In this document: piece after piece, positions 37,411-50,649 of the stretch | How the letters are laid out: the number at the start of each line of letters is the position of its first letter | Position numbering within the stretch: position 1 is the stretch's first letter | Origin: Epiperipatus broadwayi | Taxonomy: Eukaryota; Animalia; Onychophora | DNA: 64,000 nucleotides | Assembly: GCA_028023455.1 (NCBI GenBank) | Contig: JAQFVV010000009.1 | Span: 9,052,001-9,116,000, forward strand | Direction: 5' to 3' | The notes under the pieces: model-generated | What the model was told of the DNA's origin: nothing | What the model saw: only the letters and a program-made list of their open reading frames with translations | Database searches by the model: none | Translations under genes and position numbers: made by a program

Positions 37411-37748
37411 ATAAAACTCAGATATGTCTGAAGTACTTAAGCCTGGTAATTCTGACAGCTCAAAATGCAACAGTGGTACTCCTCACTCGATATGCCCGTA
37501 CAAGAACTGGAAACATCTTTTTTTCAAGCACTGCTGTTATAATGTCAGAAGTGTGCAAATTAATTGCTTGCTTATTTCTGGTGCTTTCTAAAGAATGTAG
37601 CTTGATTAAATGTGTTATTTCCATTAATGCAGTTGTCTTTGAAAACATCATTGACACTCTTAAAGTTTGTGTTCCGTCTTTTATCTATACTCTCCAAAAT
37701 AATCTACTATATATTGCCATTTCTCATTTAGATGTGGCAGTATTCCAG
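37411..37748 (+). CDS. SLC35A2: SLC35A2/Ugalt-like UDP-galactose (nucleotide-sugar) transporter, internal exon (338 nt, phase 1/0)
   Basis: ttgcag|AT AAA ACT...TTC CAG|gtgagt encodes KTQICLKYLSLVILTAQNATVVLLTRYART...DTLKVCVPSFIYTLQNNLLYIAISHLDVAVFQ, a typical SLC35A TM1-4 segment. A2 versus A3 orthology has not been tested. Confidence 0.9.
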
Positions 37749-37817
37749 GTGAGTTGTATGCCATATAAGTCAAAATTGTATAATTAATAAGATTATGATT
37801 TACAATTATTCCTAATA

Positions 37818-38096
37818 TATCATATGACCACCATTTCTTATGTTTTTACAATCTATTAAAACAGTAACAATTCTCTCCATACAACTGTGCCACTCAGTGC
37901 AAACCATAGTAATCAATGGATGCTAGAAACTAGTGAAATGTTCTCAGATTCAATGATGGAAGCCATAAGCTAGAAACTTGTCTGGGGCTATTGGATGAAT
38001 ATGTGCTAGATAGGGATTTTGATGCACAAACCTTCTAGCATTTATTGAATAATATGGTTTGCACTGAGTGATACTATTGTATAGAATTGCCACTGT
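37818..38096. repeat. Family A fold-back insertion in the SLC35A intron
   Basis: Minus arm ~37823-37928 and plus arm ~37930-38096, with a degenerate HHR (TGATGG A AGC CATAA GCT A GAAA CTTG TC TGGGG). Near-duplicate flanks TTATTCCTAATA (37806-37817) and TTATTTCTAATA (38097-38108). Confidence 0.8.
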
Positions 38097-39929
38097 TTAT
38101 TTCTAATAGTGTGCATGTGTGTGATGGAACTTTGCTTCATTAAAGTGATCCATGATAATTATTTATATTGATAAAGTATATTTCAGTTTTCAAGAAAAAA
38201 GTATTTACTTTTCATAATCATCAACATTAATTTAAATCTCCAACCACTTTTTTTTTGAGTTCAACTTTTCTAAAACATTCAGAAACGTAAACTTACTCCC
38301 ATGATGCATTTCTACTGAACCAATCTCTACATATGACAGGCACATTATATCTCAAATATCTTTGGGTGTTTGTTTATATATCAAAATAACTTTACATTTA
38401 TTAAATTGCAGGTGTCTTTCTGTACTTGGAGTCTAATGCTATAGGTTGCCAATAACTTTTATAGATATTGGATAGTAAAATGATTTTCAGATATGATTAA
38501 CTGAATAACAAATAAACAGTGCCTGACCAAGAGTATCTTCTGCTACTTTGTAGTATAGGATATTAGTTCATTAAGAATAGACCCTGTTTTCAATACATAC
38601 AAGTTTTTCTATGTTTCTCTTTTCCTTATTATCTTTATTTAAGTTATTGTAGGATCTGGTCATTGTGAGCCTTTCATGTCATCTGACATCTTATACTAAC
38701 TCTGACAATAGGATTGTGTGTTTATGAGACTACATTTCTATCATTTAACTACATGCACAATAATTGTGATCCAATTTTTTATATATATATTGTAACTTGG
38801 AGAGGTACCAGAAATATTGATTGTAATTATATAGCACTGTATCAGTAAAAGCTGATTGCATCTTACTAAAAAACAAATGAAATAAGCTGAAATTTTAATT
38901 TTTTTTTTATTAATGACCTTAAACTATGTTTAAAAGCACTTACAGATATAAGTTGAAAGTTTCTGAGATATTTAATATTTTTCTTTAGTGAGTATTTATT
39001 GATAGAAAGGGGGATGGCTTGTCTCAGAAATTGTCAGTTTAGTTTAGGTTGATCCAAGTTTGTTTTATTTGTCTGAAGAACAGTGATTGGTATTTGTTTA
39101 GGTAATTTTCTGGTTTATTTGCTTTAATATTTCAATCCATAGTGTAATTAGTGCAGTGTGTTTGGCTCATCATCATAGAAACTTTCATTTTAGTCAGATT
39201 GGTTTAGTACCTGTAGTACAGCATTTATGGATATGCATGTATACTTGTGCAATCTTTCAACTTCATTTTCATTCATGTACTTCATTATACTACCAAATAT
39301 CATGTCTCATAGAAAAATATTTGGTTTCATAACCAATAGCTTAGATAACCAGCTTAAACACATTTTAAATGAATTAATGGATCACTGGACCAGTGGATTG
39401 TCAACAGACAAATACACTATTAAATATTTTTTTTGCCAAAATAATAATTATTATTATTTTTTACTTTGGAAATACAGAATATTTTATTCTTGGTTCAATT
39501 TAATATTTTTTTTTAAGACAAAATAATTTTTCTTTTTTTTCAAGAGAGAAAGATTCTTGCATATTTTGTAACTAATTAGGCTAGTACAAGGGGAGGAGCA
39601 ACTGTTGTTCTAGGGTTGAACTTTTAAATGACCTTGGATTGGTAGGAGAACAAATGCTTGGGTAATAATCTGATATAAAAGGGAATACTTTTATAAAAAG
39701 TTGGCTTTTCTGATTCCAACAATTCTCTCTCCATAAAAAGTTTTTATTAGTGCAGTTTTGTTTATACAAGTTGGTTCTTCCATAGTTCAAGCTTAAAAGT
39801 AAAAACTACTATTAATTTTCTGGATGAAAACAGCTCAGAAATTCTACTGAGGAAAATAATAATTGAAATGCAGACATAAATCTCTTCGGAAATAAGGTAT
39901 ATCTCCCTACTTCTAATTGACTAATTTAA

Positions 39930-40150
39930 ATTTAAAATCATCATTTGAGATGCATATGTATTGTAAGTTTGCCTTGCCTAACTTTAAGTTCTAATATTAA
40001 AGAAATAATTGAAATGCATGTTTATATTTCAAATCTATTTTGTCTAAATTTTATTTCTAATATTAAAGAAGTAATTGAAATGTATGTCTACATTATAAGT
40101 TTGATTTACCTAGATTTAATCTCTAACACTAAAGAAATAACTGGAATATG
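39930..40150. repeat. 66-bp minisatellite, 3-4 units
   Basis: CTAA(T/C)A(T/C)TAAAGAA recurs at 39991, 40057 and 40123. Confidence 0.8.
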
Positions 40151-41617
40151 TGAATTTTGTTATTATTCTGGAAGATTTATGTTGAACTTTTTCATAAAAC
40201 ACTTCAGAGACTCTTTGTTGATAATTTTTGCTAACTATAAAGGAATAAAGATTAAATGGAAGGATGTGTGCGAATAACTTATTCTAACCTGTTTTATTAT
40301 TATTGATAAAATATATACCTAACCATTTGTATCTGGAAATAAGAAATTAAATGCTTGACATATAATTAATGAATTATTAACTTATCTCTAAATGTGCTGA
40401 TAAATGAATGGGTAGAAAAGCATGAAATTGGATGTGAATTTCTTTAATTGTTCTTGTTTACATTTGATTTTTTTTTTTATTAAAGTATATTATTAATAAA
40501 CTTATGTAAATTTAAATGGATTTTATGAACTGAGGCATATTTTCCTGATGAATGACTTTTGAAAATTTGGAACAAATGCTTAAACAAGTCTAATGAATTG
40601 AATAATAAATTATTGCTCTACTTATGCCATAATTGCCACCGGTTTCATTAGCTATAGCTAAGGACTTTGAAATGCTTGCCAATTGAATCCAATTAATATT
40701 ATTTATCTCCCTGCAGGAAATTGTTTATGCTCATCCATATTCATGATTATACAAATGATCATCATCATTTTCGTACATGGCCAAGATGTGTCATCTATAG
40801 ACTTTAAATGAACTTTTCATTCCAGATAAGAAAAAAAAGCTTTAATGATTAGTATTATTTTTGTTAGTATTTGATAGATAGGTAGATTAATTATTTGTTT
40901 TATGATTTTTTATTATTTGATTATTATTATTTTCTTCAAGAACATCTTGTAAAAGTATAATATGGAGAAATATTATACTGGGTAACTAGTGGTTATTTTA
41001 ATATAGTTTTTATTATGTACTTGTATTTCTATAAGCATGTGGCAATAGAAATATCTGTTTGCTATTTAGGAGTTAACAGCTCATTTTTGAAAAGGGGTAG
41101 TTACATAAAATTTATTGTTTATCTTTGCATTTTTAAGAAGCTATGAGGTTTATTTCTTAATAATTATTTTACTCCAAATTTAAAGATTTGTTGTTTATCC
41201 CAAACCAGACTTTTTATTTCAATTTATGGGCTAATGCCAAATACACTAAAGAGTTATTTTGTCTTGCTTATTTAATAATAATTATTATATTTCCAAGTTA
41301 AAATATTATACTTCATCAGAAATGAGAGATTTATTCATTATTTCTTTTATAACTTATTAATTAATGTCATTACAGTATTTCTTATCAAATGTGATTTGAA
41401 ATTATTTATGTGTTATTATGCTTATATACCTGTCTGTTATTTGATCCAGTTATGTAATTGTTGAATTGAAAGTTGAAATAATTTAATTTCCATCAGTTTC
41501 GGATGATGAAATGTACCAAAAGAAGTGGAAAGATTAAGGATTTGTTTAAGAGTGAATTTCTTTTTTATGCTTAGATTGAAATGTATTTAGTGGCTACGCA
41601 GAAGGAATCGTTTATGT

Positions 41618-41760
41618 TATATATTGTATTGTCAGGGATTGAGAGAACTCTCCCTTAGTTTATTAAAATATTCATCATGAGTGGATTATATATTGCATTG
41701 TCAGGGATTGAGAGAGCTTTCCCTTAGTTTGTTGAAATATTTGTCAGGAGTGGATTATGT
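41618..41760. repeat. 69-bp tandem duplication
   Basis: GTCAGGGATTGAGAGA recurs at 41631 and 41700. Confidence 0.85.
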
Positions 41761-42439
41761 TTCCAGATTAAGTAGTTGTATTTTATAATAATTATAGTAC
41801 GTAAAGTCAAGTAGTGCATTTCCCTTATTTTTCGGTGATGAGACCATGTCCCTACCAGCATTTAAGCCTAAGAAATTTGGCTAGGGAGTCACTCACTGTG
41901 TTCTGTTATTTAAAGGATTAGAGTTAAGAAAGTCTTTTATCCCTCATGTATTTATGTGGAATGCTTTCCCATCATTTATTCATAGCCAAGTGTAAGATAG
42001 TTTCCTGATAAGAAAATAAAATAAAGATAGAATCGATTTTTCTCACAGAACAGCTGAAGTAGAATTAGTGTTAAAGCTTGGTTGGCCATTGTCATCATCC
42101 GTATTATGACATTTTATCCCAATTTCATAAGTAAACCAATTGGATTTAGTTGTATTAATTATTTTATAGCAGGTAGCATAATTCAGATGCATGCATAAAA
42201 TATTATTAATTTGGAAGGTATGGAGAAAATCCATCATTAATGTGTAATTCTTTAATCATTGTTTCAAATCATATCATATTAATTATTTAGGTTTTATACC
42301 ATCAACTCTCAGAATGTTTCATCCTCATTTTGAATGAGCAAGCAAAAGAAAAGAAAGTGTAGCCATTTAATAGAATTATTCATTTGATTTGTGAAGGATA
42401 GCTTGACCTCTTACTCATAGATTTAAACCCCTCTCATAT

Positions 42440-42930
42440 TATTTTGATGTGCATTTGAAGTAAAAATGCCAAGAATTTTAGTTTCACATTTTATAATTTT
42501 AGTGCCAGTGTTTAATAGAGTTTTATTTTTCATGAGCATATCAGAATTGATTGATAGCTTGAGTGTATTGGAAATAAAATACAAAAAAATAATTTTATGT
42601 TTAATTATTCTGATGTGATGTTTAAATTAGATTACCTTTTCCATAAGCATATCAGAATTGATTGGTAATGTATGTGTATTTGAAGTAAAATACTAACAAG
42701 TTAATTTCATGCTTAGTTATCTTAGTATAGTATTCTAATGTTTCTTTCCATAAGCTTATCAGAATTGACTGATAGCTTGAGTATATTTTATAGGTAAAAT
42801 ACCAAGAAGTTTAGTTTCATGTTTGTTATTTTAGTGCTAATATTATGATGTTTTTTTTCATAAGCTTGTCAGAATGAACTGATAGCTGGCATATGTTGAA
42901 ATAAAATACCAGAAAGTTTATTTTGATGTT
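42440..42930. repeat. ~110-bp minisatellite, 4-5 units
   Basis: TCAGAAT recurs at 42541, 42652, 42759 and 42869. Confidence 0.85.
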
Positions 42931-44279
42931 ATTTGTTCTTATGTAGACCATTTAATCATTGATGTTGGAATTATTCCAAAACATGTATATGCGTAAACTA
43001 GAAAACCAAATGTTTATTTAATTATCTTGTAATAAATGTTTTATTTATTTAAAAGCTTTGTTCAGAATTCTTCTTTGACATGCATTCATATCTATGTTTC
43101 CACACATGCACACACACTTACATATCCAATATGATATGATTGCACTATTCCATAATTTAATGATGAACATGTCCAGATCTGATGATGTTGCTTTGCTTGA
43201 TCCAAACACTATATGAAATGTTTGATTATTTAATGATTCTCTGAAAATTTTATTACTCAGTTATTATTTAGATGATGAATTGAAATCAAAATGCACCCTA
43301 TTTCTTTCATTATCTAACTACCATTATTTTATTAGGATAATACTTAATTTATGTCATTACTTTTATGATAGTAATTAGTAGTTGTTGGAAAGTATAGATT
43401 TAAAATTAAGCCATGCAATAAATTAATTCCTTGAGATATTCCCTTATTATTTAGATTAGACTTTAACTCAGTTACTTAGTTTAAATTACTGTACAATTAA
43501 AAGTTAAGTAATGCTATATTTTATTTTGTATTTAACTCAAACTTATCATACAGTATAGTTAATCAGCATTACATCTTTATTTTATTAATTTAATTTTATC
43601 ACACAGTAGAGGTTGTTCAATGCATGTGGATGATGGGAGGAGATGAGGTATAGACTATAACTTGTCAATTTAAATGGTAGAACTTTACCAATTCCAATTA
43701 CTTATTTATTTTAAAACTTAATAGACATTTTGTTCCTATTAATCATAATGTTTCCTCCCATATCTAGTATACATTTTACACTTTATAGATTTCTGTAGCC
43801 CCCAACTGAGCTAAGCTAAGGTAGGACAGCATTTTAAGAGTCTCATTGATAATTTAAAGCGAGATCAGATTAGTAGTTTATTCTATGATCAACAGAATTA
43901 GCACCCCCAGGTATTTGTTGTTAGGAAAGGTAGAAGAGATGTTGGGGAAGGGTTACAATATTTTAGCTCATATCCTAAAGAATTAAGAAAACAATGACTG
44001 GAGCAGATAATAATAGGTTGATATTTTTGAGCAGTATAATTATTAACAAATCAGGTTGGAACTGGATGTGAATAAGAGTTTCAGCTTGGCAAAGGTTTAT
44101 GTTTAAGCAGGCCTAATTTAGTGATCTTACTGTCTACCATGGAAGTGAAAAGGTCTTTAAAATGTGTCTAAAATGATCTGATTTATGCAATATGGTTAGA
44201 TTGTTATCCCTGAAGGATTACTTATTAAAGCAATAGAAGTAATATTATTGGTTGTAGTGATAAAAATACAAACTAATTT

Positions 44280-47200
44280 TTTCTAAATATAGGTACATGG
44301 AATGAACTATTTTTACTTGATACAAGCTCTTCAAGACTTGAATGGAGGACTAGCACTAGTGGGTAAGAGCTATCTATATTTAAAACTAATATAGTTGCTC
44401 TTAGTGAAACTTGTTTTCTAAAGGAAGGAAATTTAATAGAGCAGATTTTTCTTTAGAAGGGCAGATCACTTAGTAAAAGAAGAAATGCATAGTGTTAATT
44501 TTGCTGTGAAATCTACTTTCTTTTATTCTTGGAATTTCATGATATACCCATGAAAGGCTAATAATGTTAAACTTGGATGGCATAATAGTACCAATGCTCA
44601 TTTTTTAATGCATATGTATTAATATTAGATTCAGAAATAGAACATTTTTATTTTTACTGGATAGTATTGTTATAACAACACCATTAAAAGATTAAATTTT
44701 TCTTCTTGGAGATTTTAATGCTCATATTGATACAATTAGTAGATTTTGGCCAAAAATTGTTGGAAGTAACAGTATTGGTGCTATAATCTCAATTGATCTG
44801 TTATTGAATTTTTTTGCACAAAATTTTGTTTAGACAGAAAAATTATCTTCATCATCCTTTTCAGTTATTATTAATATCACAGGATGAAGATCTCTCTAAG
44901 TTCAATCCATCTTCTCCGATCTCTAGCCTCTGTTCTCCAAGCATTCTTCCTTATTTCATCATCCATCTCACATGATCTCTTTCTAGGTTTTTTACAATTT
45001 CTTGGAATCCAATTTAAGATTTTAATTGTCCATCTATTGTCATCTCTTCTAACAATATATCCAGCGCAACTTCGCTTCAGTCTCTTAATTCTTTCAATGA
45101 TGTCAGTAAGATCTGTTTGTTATAAAGGAATGTAAATGCACAATAAGTTCAAAATAATGACATTTCATAGATTACTTTATAATTAGAAGTCTGAATATTA
45201 AAAGAAAATTATATTATGTGAGGATTTAGAGTATGTTGGGTGAATCATACTTTAGAATGCTGACAGATTAAAATGATAGTTGCATTTTAAAATAGCTCTT
45301 ATTTTAATCATTTATTCTAAAATTCAATAGCTGTTAAACATTCAAATTGCTACTTTGGACTTTTAATATTATTTTGTTGCTTAAATAGTGTGTTATGAAT
45401 ACAAATAAATCTATTCATGGGTTCATTAAAAAGAAGACTCATGACTGACTGCTTGGCAAAATAATAAATTAAATATAAGCTTTATATTAAAGATTTAAAA
45501 GCAGAAGTTCACTGATTGACAATAGTGATTGCTAGATTAAAATTGCAAAGGGACTAAATGTTTGTTGATCATGATCACTTTAAATTTTTTTTTGAAGCAA
45601 TAAAAGCAACTTATGGATCTGAAAACTAATATCACAATTCTTTTAAATCCAACTATGGCATTCTTTTATATGATGGTAATATTTTGCAGAAGTGAAAGTA
45701 GTATTTTGAATCATTTTTTGAGTAACGATACAAAAATTGAAATGTTGACTTTAATAAATATGTCCATTTTACCTGCTTATTTAGATTTAGGTAAAGATAT
45801 CCAGCTTAGTGAAGTTAGAAATAAATTTTTGTAATCTTAGAAATGGAAATATCTTGAGAAGTTTTAAAATATAATGGTGAGATATTAGCTTCAAAATTAT
45901 TGGAATTTTTTTAGGAATATATGGACCCAGATAAGTTGTGCCTTTTGATCTTAAGAATGTTTTTATTATTCCAATTTTTAAAAATAAAGAAAAAGACAAG
46001 ATTGCATGTAATTTTCATGGAATACCACTATTATTTGCTACAGCAAAAATACTTTCAGAGAATTTTCTGAATAGGCTGCTTTCAAACATAGATGAATGGT
46101 TTTACCAGAGACTCATTGTAGTTTGAGAGAATCACGAAGCACTATAGATATGATTCTTATTGCTAGGCAAATACTAGAAAATTGTTAGAAACAAAAGAGT
46201 AATTTATAATTGCTTTTATTGATTTATTTTAGATGTTTGACTCAGTTGAATAGATATATGGCATTTTTAGAAATTATTTGGTTGTCAACTAAAGAATACC
46301 CTTGTTATGCAATTTCTACATGATGGAATGGAAGAAAATATAATTACTTCAAATGGGAACTCTAGGCATTTGAAATATTACTTCAACAGTTTTTTGATCA
46401 AGATATAATACTGATAATGAAATTTTTATTTTGAATTCATTAAAAATTAAAAACAATAATCTTTTTGCATTCTGGATTAGGGATTGTACTATTTTTATCA
46501 ATTCAAAAGATGATCTATAGAATGCAATTGTTTTTGGTTTAGTAATTAATGATCAAAAATCTCAGGTTCTTTATGCAACTTTTAGTTTGGGTAATCATCA
46601 ACATGACAACATAATCCAATTTAAATATCTTAATACTTTTTAAATATTAAGATGGATGTAGATATTGAGGTGCAGCACATTCTAGTATTGCTTTTAAGAA
46701 GTTAAAAGATAGTGTTTTATAACAGTGAAATAAATACTGCAACTAAATTAGTTAGTTGTATGTAAGTTGTTATTATGATTAATTTCTTGGACTTATTATA
46801 TAGAAGTGAGACTTGGACACCCATCCTATCAACATAACATAAAAGCATTAGAAAAATTTCATTTAAGGATGCAAAATTTTAAAAATATTTTGACAAGATC
46901 ATTAGACCAATAAAGTATTCTTCAACTGGATTTGTAAAATGGATGCCAATGCAAGACTTCCTAATAGCATGTTTTATGATGATATTGAGCATGGTTTTCA
47001 TGAGAGGGAGGCCTATTTACATTGTAAGAATTATCTCAAAGATATCCTAAAGAAATGCAATATTGATGGTTTCCATAATAAAGATATGCCAAAATATAGA
47101 TTACATTGTAGAACTACAATTAGACATGTTCTGTATATGGATGTATTTATGGATCACCGATTTATATAATTATTACAAAACTCATCTTTAATATAATTGT
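44280..47200 (+). mobile_element. Decayed RTE-1/BovB-like LINE (APE endonuclease + RT)
   Basis: IGTWN (~44290), VALSETCF (~44395), CNFHGIPLLFATAKILSENFLNRL, ESRSTIDMILIARQILENC (~46130) and C-terminal LPNSMFY...LKDILKKCNID. Confidence 0.8.
44860..45110 (-). mobile_element. RTE 3' fragment (same family as 10222-10460), lying antisense within the larger LINE remnant
   Basis: Shares CAGGATGAAG(G/A)TCTCTC.AAGTTCAATCCATCT...CCATCTCACATG.TCTCTTTCTAGGT with 10255-10370. Confidence 0.8.
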
Positions 47201-49479
47201 ATTATTATTATTTGGTTTTTATCTTTCTCTTGGAATTGAAATTACCATATTTGTTTACTGTTAACTGTCGCTACTGATGAGATATTAAACTTAATCACCT
47301 TAAAATTATTTGAAATTTATTCACTAATTATTTAATCAGTCAAAATAATTTAGTTAATTAATTTTATTGAAATAAAATGTACAAGCAAAACAAAATTATG
47401 CATATTTATATATAAATAAAAATGTTCTACTCAGATTATATCTGAACAAATAAAAAATAAATATAATATTCCAGTAATAATTTATAAAATTTTGTAATTT
47501 TATCATATTTTGTAGAAATAGTATACTAGTTGATCATTAAATCTTATATAAATAGCCCTCAATGAAATATATCTCAAAATTTTTATATATAAATAATTTC
47601 ACTCATAAAATAAATATTAGTTATAGTACCTCATATTATTATCCAAAGCAAATAGTCTTTTGAATTTTATCCATATTGTATTTGAAAATTCTCTAAAAAA
47701 ATATTTTAATCTTTTACAAATTTAACATTATCATTTTTTTGACTATGGTAAATGATAAAAATTATATATATATTATCTATGTATGTTTATATAATTTCTT
47801 TGTAATTTTTAAGCTTCAATATTTAATTCAATAATTTATTCTAATCATATTGATATTGACTTGGTTGCAATTTTTTTTTTTTTAGTACATAATGCTAAAT
47901 AATTTCTGAAAATATCACAATATCTTTTTTTTCTTAATCAACTTAATTAGCTTATTAATTACATAGATGTTTTAGTTCATCTTAAAAATTTATCTAATGA
48001 TAAATTGTAGAAAAAATTCATATACTAATGATAAATTGTAAATTTCATTTTTTTTACTATTTCTTTTTATAATATATACTATATAATGTTCTTATTATCT
48101 CAATTTATTCTAGTTTTTAAAATTTTTTTATGTCTGAAATCAAAACAAAAATAAATTAATGATAATAATATATTTCATTCTGATTATACCACAAAAGAAT
48201 GTGAATTATTTCATGGACTGGGCATTTTTCAACATTTTATTTTATAATATGTACATTATTTATGCAATCAGCACTACATTGTGTGATTTTAACCCTAGAT
48301 TTAAAGCAATAATATTGCTAAATTACTAAGAAATTATTTCTTTGTGATGTGAATTTTATCTAAAGGAATGCAGATCATTGAACATATGGAGTTTAGAAAT
48401 GCAAATATGTGGCTTGAAGAGCATGTTTGTTGATTCAAAACCATTAATTCACATGTTCCAGTGTCTGCTCTATCCATATATGCAGCCCATGACATTTTTA
48501 ACAGTGGGTCATGCTAAGATTTGGTTATTATCTTTCAAAATATTTAAAAAATAAAATATCATATACTTTTTTCTTTAATTTTAAGTAACTAATTTTAATT
48601 AGAAATATCACAATATCTTCTGTTAATACAATCAAACATGATACATTTATTTATGTTTATCATAACTCATCAAAGTCAACAATTAATATGGTTTTATAAC
48701 TACTTATTTATATATTTTTTTGTGCTTATTAAATTTCACTTGTCAGCAATTTTTGTGTATAGCAAAAACTTCAATGTTAGAGGAAACTTATTATTATTAT
48801 TTGATGAAGAGTAGGAACTTTGAATACTACGAAAGAGAGGCAAAAATGGAGGTGTGATTTATGTAAAAATGGAAGAGAGTATTGATCATTTATTTTTAGA
48901 ATATATAAAGTCTTGAAAAACTTAAAAGTAAGGAAAATGCAAGAGATGACATTTTTTAAAATAGTTTTTATTTATATTTTTTATATCAGGAATGGGATTA
49001 CAAGAAGTAGCCTTTATTAAAATAGGATAGAATCAGAAGAAAAAAGTGCTAGAGCTAGGAAAATGAAATGATAATAGGGAATAGGAAATTAATGGATTTA
49101 TTGGAGTATATTTCTGTAAAAGAGAATTCTTGGCTTTATATTTCTATACAATAATATTTCTGTACATTGAATGCCCTGTCTATTTATTTTTTGATTTAGT
49201 CAGTAAACTTAAAATAAAACATATTTTTATATATTATTGTAGTAATACATAGAAGAAACTTCATGGAAATTTGCCTTTCAGCTGCATCATTAAAATCCAC
49301 ATATATGTATTTTTTTTATTAGTGTATCATTGAAATTCTATATAAATACTGCTATGTATTTTTTATATTCAATAAGTACTAAAGTTTTACTATAATTTGT
49401 ATAAAGAACAATATCATTTGATTTTCTTATGCTTACATGAATATTTATTTTTACCGTATTCTTGTGCTATCTACTAAAA

Positions 49480-50310
49480 GACTGGGTAATCAATGGATAT
49501 CAGATGGTATAATATTGTAAAATCATCTCCAAAATGATTTCTGGCTTTTGTCTTCTTTAATGAAGCTGAAACTAATGCATCTATGTCTCTATTGGCCACA
49601 TTTTTATATTATTCAAGCTAGTATCTTGAAATTAAAAAAAACCTAAATATTTAAAATCCAGATTAACTCATTTGCATAGTTACATAGATATGATAGCAAA
49701 TAATTTTCTGTATATTATAGAGACCTCAATTTTATGATAATTATAGGTTCTTCCATCCTTTGATTATGCTTGTCAATACCAGCAATATCAAATGATTTTC
49801 TTAGATTCTTCCATAGTTATCTTCACTTTACTCCAAAGCCATTCACTGAATGTTCTGAATCCTAGTCTTCACTGACAAAGGCAAAAGCTAGAAATCAGTT
49901 TGGAGATGTGGATTTTATAACATTACTATTTTGTGTCCTTTGATTCTACAAGTTTACTGTAGATGGCTTTACTGAAAAATGAACAGCTCAAAGAAGCATA
50001 TGATTAAATTTATGACAAAACTCATATGCTATTGTTAGTATTAACATTCCTATGCAAAGAGTAGAAAGGAGGTCTCCATTAAATATATAGAAACTAATCT
50101 GTTAACAGATCTATATAACTATGCAGACAAGTTAGCCTGAATTTAAAATCTTTTAAATTTTTTTTATTTTTAATTTCAGGAAATTCGCTTGAATAATAGA
50201 AAGGAATAAAAAGTGTTTGCTAGATGCATAAGTGCATTATTTAGATTTTTGAACCCTAGTCTTTACTGATGAAGATGAAAGCTAGAATCTGGCTTGGAGA
50301 TGGCCATTGA
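49480..50310. repeat. Degenerate HHR-bearing repeat related to family A (family C), spacing ~394 nt
   Basis: CTAGTCTTCA CTGACAA AGGC AAAA GCTA GAAA TCAG TT TGGAGATG (core at 49872) and CTAGTCTTTA CTGATGA AGAT GAAA GCTA GAA TCTGGC TTGGAGATG (core at 50266). An inverted partial copy lies at ~49485-49560. Confidence 0.55.
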
Positions 50311-50649
50311 TTTATATGAGGTAAGAAAATTATAAATTTATACATCATACATGAGAATATAAATTCACAACTTATCTTCTTCACAACCTTTATTTTATCA
50401 TATATAAGTGATATAATATCAATTATTAAAAATTGTAAAAAAAAAAAAAGGATCTACACAAGAAGACAAAACTTTTTAAGCAAGATAGGAATTAGATTTT
50501 TTTTTAATGAAATTGAAAAATATATATTTAGTTTGTAGACAGAGAATTAATGTTTTCAAGGAATATAACTAGAAACATTATTTTAAAAAACTGATTGAAT
50601 TATAATCATTGTAAGACAAACTGAGAAAACAATATTTATAAAAATCTAT

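Noticed and set aside
37460-37657. 65-aa minus-strand ORF
   Set aside because: Antisense shadow of the SLC35A exon.
39930-42930. Regularly spaced repeats considered as a CRISPR-like array
   Set aside because: Whole units are homologous with no unique spacers, the context is eukaryotic intron, and there are no cas genes.
44884-45135. 83-aa plus-strand ORF
   Set aside because: Antisense shadow of the RTE 3' fragment.
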